From NCBI GenBank assembly GCA_963772225.1, contig CAVYWD010000001.1:1314706-1378705 (forward strand): 64,000 nt of DNA, read 5' to 3'. Below the pieces are notes generated by a model. It saw only the letters and a program-made list of their open reading frames with translations. It ran no database searches and was not told the origin of the DNA. This document shows, in pieces, positions 59,539 to 64,000 of this stretch (positions within the stretch are counted from its first letter, which is position 1; every line of letters begins with the position of its first letter). Both the position numbers and the translations under genes were made by a program. This stretch comes from an uncultured delta proteobacterium. Lineage in GTDB: Bacteria; Myxococcota; Myxococcia; Myxococcales; UBA5297.

Positions 59539-62461
59539 ATGAGGCGCTTCGCCCTCGCCGCCGCCCTCCTCGCCGCAGCAGCGGGGTGCTCGAGCAAGCC
59601 TTCGACCCAGCGCATCGTCGGCCTGACCAGCTTCCTCTCGGCCCCGCCCGCCGGCGTGAGCGCCGCGCGGGACGCTGCGTCTGCCAACGCGGGCGGCGCC
59701 TCCGCCGCCCCGACCGCGAACAGCGGGGCCTCGGCCTCGGCGTCGACGACCCCTCGAACCGTGGAGGAGACCGACCTCTACCGCCTCGAGGGCGACCGCC
59801 TCTATTACCTGAACGGTTACCGCGGGCTCATGGTGTTCGACCTCTCTCAGGTCGACCAGCCCAGGCTCATCGGGCGCTCGCCGATCTACGGCTCGCCGGT
59901 GGACATGATCGTCCGCGACGGCGTGGCCATCGTGGTGGTCGCCGACTGGTATGGACAGCTCGACGACGGCACGCCCTTCCACGGCTCCATCGTGCGCGGG
60001 CTCGACGCCAAAGACCCCTCGAACATCAAGGTGCTCGGCGAGGCCAAGCTGGGCGGCTGGGTGCAGGACGATCGCGTGGTGGGCAACGTGCTTTACGCCG
60101 TGAGCGAGGACTACGGCTGGGTTTACGGCTGGGACACGGCGACCGGCGTCGCGAGCAGCAACCAGCCGACGGTCATCGTCTCCTCGGTGAGCTTCAACGA
60201 CAACGTCATCCAGGCGGTGGGCAACCAGCGGTTCGACGGGTACGGCGGCGTCTTCAACGTGACGCCGAATTCCATCCTGCTCGCCCACGACGCCGGGACG
60301 TCCTCGGCGCAGACCGAGCTCTTCTACCTGGACATCAGCGACCCCAACGGCGCCATCGCCCCGCGCGGGCGCATCGTCGTCGACGGCCGGGTCCAGGGCT
60401 GGGGCGCCGACAACGGCCGCTGGAACCTCGACTTCGCGGACGGCAAGACCGCGCACGTGGTCGGCTGCGCCGGCAGCGCGTACTGCGACGGCACCTCCGG
60501 CTTCATGCTCGACACGGTGGACTTCTCCGACCCAGATGCGCCGGCGCTCAAGTCCGCGCTCGCCATCCCGGCCGCCGGGTGGGCGGTCTCCGCCCGCTTC
60601 GACGCGAACCGCCTCTATCTCTCGCCCTCCAGCTGGTCGGGCTCCACCACGCCCTTCGCCGTCTACGACCTGAGCGATCCCGCGCACCCGGCGCTCGCCG
60701 GCTCTGCCACCATCCCGGGCTCGGTGTGGATCATCGATCCCCGCGCCCCAGGAGCGGCTCTTCGCGCTCGGCAGCGACTCGACCCAGGGCTCCTATGGCG
60801 AGCAGGTCTCCCTCAAGTACCTGGACGTCTCGAGCGCCTCCTCGCCCGCGCTCTTGGGCACGTCGACCTTCGGCCAGGGCTGGGCGTGGACGCCGGCGGC
60901 CGGGACCTTCAAGGCCTTCACCATGGACGCGACGCAGGGCCTGGTGGTCCTGCCCTTCAGCGGCTGGAGCGCGCAGAGCCAGTCGTACCTGAACGGCCTG
61001 CAGCTCATCGAGTTCAACGCCACCTCCGAGCGCACCGCGGGCACCGCGTACACCAAAGGCTGGGTCGAGCGCGGCATCTTCGCGAAGGGGCGCCTGGTCT
61101 CGCTCAGCGACACCGCGCTGTCGGTCATCGACTACGCGAACCACGATGCTCCGAACGTGACGGCGGCGCTGACGCTCGCCCGTAACGTCATCGCCGCGCA
61201 GCCTTCCGGGGCGACCATCGCCGAGGTCTCGAGCGACTGGTGGGACAACGACGTCTCCACCTCCGAGGTCCGCGTGCTCCCGCTCGCCGACGCGGAAGAG
61301 TCGACCGACGCCGGGGACGTCCCGTCGGCACTGGTGGAGGGCGTCAACGCGCAGGTCTTCCGCAACGGGGACTTCGCCTATCTGGTGACCAACGTGCGCG
61401 AGCCTTCGGCCTGCCCGGTCGCCTCGGACGGAAAGTCTGCGCAGGGGACCTGCTGGGCCCGGGCGCAGCAGGTCCAGGTGGTCGACGTGTCCAACGGCGG
61501 CGCCAAGCTGCGCGGAAAGGTGCGCCTGCCCGCCGATCCCTGGGGCTATTACGGCTGGGGCTGGTTTGGCTGCTTCTGGTACGACTGGTTCGACGGCGCC
61601 GACGTCGTGCAGGTGGGAAAGGACGCGCTGGCGCTGCGGCGCTGGGAGCCGCTCTACGGCCCCAACGGCCTCTACCTCGACAGCACCAGCGCCCTCTACC
61701 TCGTCGATCTCTCGAACCCCGACGCGCCGTCGCTCGCCTCCACCACCATCACCAGCGACCCCGAGGGCTGGTGGGGCAACATGCAGGTCGTGGGCTCGAC
61801 GCTCTACACCACCCACTACGAGTGGTACGACCGGAGCGGGGCGCAGGACGGGTGGACGGTGCGCTACTACGCCGACCGCATCGACCTGTCCGATCGCCAC
61901 CACCCGCGCGTGGAGGCGAAGATCAGCGTCCCCGGGCTCATCGTCGGCGGCGCCGAAGCAGATCCGTCGCTGCTCTACACCATCGACTACCGCTGGTCGA
62001 ACGGAGAGGCCCACAACGACTTCGACGTGGTGCGCGTCAGCGGCGACCAGGCCGAGCTGCTCTCCACGACGGCCATCGACGGCTGGGTCGGCAGCACGTT
62101 CGTGCGCGGCAGCAAGGCATACTTCTCGGCACAGCAGTACTACTCCACCGCGGGCTCCTACAGCTCCCAGGTGAGCCTGCACGCGCTCGACCTGGCCGAT
62201 CCATCGGCGCCGGTGGACCGGGTCAGCACCGGCCAGAAGGGCTGGGGCTGGCTGCTCGCGGTCGAGGGCGACCGCGCGGTGATCAGCTCAGGCTGGGGCT
62301 ACAACGGCGTCGACCTCTACACGCTCGCCGACGGCCAGGCGCCCAAGTACACCCAGTTCGCGCGCACGCGGGGCTTTTGGACCAACGCCGTCTCGCGACA
62401 GGACAGCGCGCTCTTCCTCTCCAGCGGCTACTGGGGCGTGCAGCGCATCGACCTAAAATAG
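59539..62461 (+). CDS. Large secreted beta-propeller-repeat lipoprotein (~970 aa), with an apparent frameshift near 60740–60750.
   Basis: Lipobox LAAAAGCSS. Repeated LY..D.S.P..P-type blades in both the 59539-frame and the 60854-frame ORFs; ...IPGSVWIIDPRA in frame 1 continues as PQERLFALGSDSTQGSYGEQVSLKYLDVS in frame 2. Confidence 0.7.
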
Positions 62462-62492
62462 TGTGGCGCGGTTTCGGGTAAGCTCGGCCGCC

Positions 62493-63749
62493 ATGCGACG
62501 GCCAGCGCGGTGGATGTTCTTACTCTCTTGGCTCGCGACGGCGGCGTCGGCCGAGCCCCGAAGCCAACTCGACCAGGTCATGGCCCGCGGGGTTCTGCGG
62601 GTGGGCACCCCAGGAGACTACCGGCCGTTCAGCCTGCGGCTCGGCGCCGCGGGGCCGACGCTCGGGCTCGACGTGGAGCTCGCCGGCGAGCTGGCCAAGG
62701 CGATGGGCGTGCGGCTCGAGCTGGTGCCCACCCCCTGGTCTCGGCTCGTGGACGACCTCGACGCCGGGGCGTTCGACGTGGCCATGGGCGGCGTCAGCGT
62801 CACGCTCGAGAGGCAGCGGCGCGCGGTCTTCTCCATCCCGTATTTGGAAGACGGGAAGACCGCCCTCGCGCGCTGCGAGAAGGCGGCGTCGTTCCAGACG
62901 CTCGAGGACATCGACCGCCCGGGCGTCACCGTCCTGGTCAACCCCGGCGGCACCAACGAGCGCTTCGCCAGGGAGCGGGTGCCACGCGCGCGGCTCGTGG
63001 TGAATGCCGACAACCTCACCGTCTTCGAGCGGCTGGCACGCGGCGAAGCCGACGTGATGCTGACCGACGCCGTCGAGGCGAAGATCGAGTCGGGCCTGCA
63101 TCGCGAGCTGTGCGCGGTTCACCCCGAAGCGCCTTTCATCCGCCTCGAGAAGGCAGTCTTATTGCCGCGAGATTGGGTGTTGAAGGCCTTCGTTGATCAA
63201 TGGCTGCACCAGATGATGCTGAGCGGTGCGCTCGATCGCGCGAAGGCCCGGTGGCTCGCGTTTCCCTGGGGTCTTGAGCGAGTGCGACGCCTGGTCGACG
63301 AGCGGCTCGCTTTGGCGGTCGACGTCGCGAAGGCGAAGTGGAACCGCCACGCGGCCATCGAGGACGTCGCCCGCGAGCGGCAGATCCTCTCCGGGCTGGT
63401 CCGGGAGGCGGAGGCAGTGGGCCTGCCGGCGGCGTGGGCGGAGCGTTTCTTCCGCGCGCAAATCGAGGCTTCGAAGACGGTGCAGCGGGCTCTGTTCGCC
63501 CAGTGGCAGAAGGACAAGGCCGGCCCCTTCGAGAATCCGCCGGACCTCACCCGGGAGCTGAGACCCCGGCTGGACGCGCTCACGCGCGACCTCTTGCGCG
63601 CGCTGGCCGAGACCTACCCGGCGCTGAAGAGCCCCGCCCACCCCGTGGATGTGGCGCTCGCCTTGAGCTCGCTCGACGTCGCCGCGACCAACCCCGCCGC
63701 GGCCGCGCAGGCGCTCGACCCTTTGCTCGCGGCGTCGGCCGAGCCCTGA
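62493..63749 (+). CDS. Periplasmic fusion protein: an N-terminal type-3 solute-binding-fold cyclohexadienyl-dehydratase-like (PheC-like) domain plus a C-terminal AroQ-class chorismate mutase domain.
   Basis: Signal peptide. The N-terminal half has the SBP3 fold (GVLRVGTPGDYRPFS...); the C-terminal half has the AroQ helix pattern (LVDERLALAVDVAKAKWNRHAAIEDVARERQIL...FFRAQIEASKTVQ). Confidence 0.6.
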   Translation: MRRPARWMFLLSWLATAASAEPRSQLDQVMARGVLRVGTPGDYRPFSLRLGAAGPTLGLDVELAGELAKAMGVRLELVPTPWSRLVDDLDAGAFDVAMGGVSVTLERQRRAVFSIPYLEDGKTALARCEKAASFQTLEDIDRPGVTVLVNPGGTNERFARERVPRARLVVNADNLTVFERLARGEADVMLTDAVEAKIESGLHRELCAVHPEAPFIRLEKAVLLPRDWVLKAFVDQWLHQMMLSGALDRAKARWLAFPWGLERVRRLVDERLALAVDVAKAKWNRHAAIEDVARERQILSGLVREAEAVGLPAAWAERFFRAQIEASKTVQRALFAQWQKDKAGPFENPPDLTRELRPRLDALTRDLLRALAETYPALKSPAHPVDVALALSSLDVAATNPAAAAQALDPLLAASAEP

Positions 63750-63954
63750 TTTGGCGCTGGGCACAGGTCTTCGCGTACTCCAGCCGAGTCATCACGGCCC
63801 CTCTCATTCCGGTGCCGAACCGGCGGCGCAGCAGTCCTGATTTCTGAGGTTGGCCTGTTTTCCAGCCCCGGCGCGGCGACGGCTTTCGCCTTGCAATGTC
63901 GACCCGGCAGACTTCTCCGGGCGCCTCGAACGCGCCGCGACGGAGGGAGAGCCA

Positions 63955-64000
63955 ATGCGCACGAACGCGTGGACTTCGATGCTGAGCGCAGCGGCAACCA
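63955..64000 (+). CDS. 5' end of a gene (MRTNAWTSMLSAAAT...) running off the window; hypothetical, possible signal peptide.
   Basis: GGAGGGAG ribosome-binding site 5 nt before the ATG. Confidence 0.4.
   Translation, partial: MRTNAWTSMLSAAAT

Overview
This window is high-GC (about 70%) bacterial chromosomal DNA with AGGAGG-type ribosome-binding sites, Tat and lipoprotein signal peptides and sigma-54 regulation; a myxobacterium-like high-GC Gram-negative is my guess, not established. All calls are from reading the sequence and ORF track only, with no database or tool runs.

- **1–15.8 kb: candidate beta-1,2-glucan (sophoro-oligosaccharide) utilisation locus.** It has a divergent MalK-like ABC ATPase, a LacI-family regulator with an apparent frameshift, a TonB-dependent receptor, a Tat-secreted DUF3131/GH144-like glucanase, a sugar ABC importer (binding protein plus two permeases), a ~1000-aa discoidin-like + (alpha/alpha)6 hydrolase and a GH94 phosphorylase with the GDWND motif.
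- **15.8–23.1 kb: secreted hydrolases.** An SGNH lipase, a GH54-like arabinofuranosidase-B catalytic domain with vicinal cysteines, a PAP2 phosphatase carrying autotransporter-like repeats, and an EEP–jacalin–ricin-B protein preceded by a 63-bp tandem repeat.
- **23.2–29.2 kb: relic of an aromatic monooxygenase regulon.** A textbook sigma-54 promoter and a divergent XylR/DmpR-type activator drive a truncated diiron monooxygenase alpha-subunit fused in frame to the 3' half of a sigma-54 activator; a LigB extradiol dioxygenase and a pirin lie downstream.
- **29.3–31.2 kb: integration-hotspot-like region.** An SDR gene fragment, an atypical-codon ORF with an intrinsic terminator, and an array of at least six tRNA-like elements, several non-canonical.
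- **31.4–39 kb.** SPFH protein, a methyltransferase, and an IS21-family element (istA/istB) that carries an upstream ParB-like gene and multiple terminal repeats; a PadR regulator follows.
- **39.2–42 kb.** Papain-like peptidase, lipoprotein and a methyltransferase.
- **42.2–46.9 kb.** Molybdenum-cofactor cluster moeB-moaC-moaD-moaE-moeA-(small membrane protein)-moaA.
- **46.9–48.8 kb.** A sigma-54 activator pseudogene split by a lower-GC insertion encoding a Cys-rich lipoprotein, flanked by ~290-bp direct repeats of the activator gene.
- **48.9–52.7 kb.** pstSCAB, with pstC frameshifted and no phoU.
- **52.7–64 kb.** An esterase, the H+-pyrophosphatase gene hppA preceded by two tandem paralogous unknown genes, a beta-propeller lipoprotein (frameshifted) and a PheC-like/AroQ chorismate-mutase fusion.

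Three frameshifts in otherwise conserved genes (LacI-family regulator, pstC, beta-propeller lipoprotein) suggest either assembly indel errors or real pseudogenisation.
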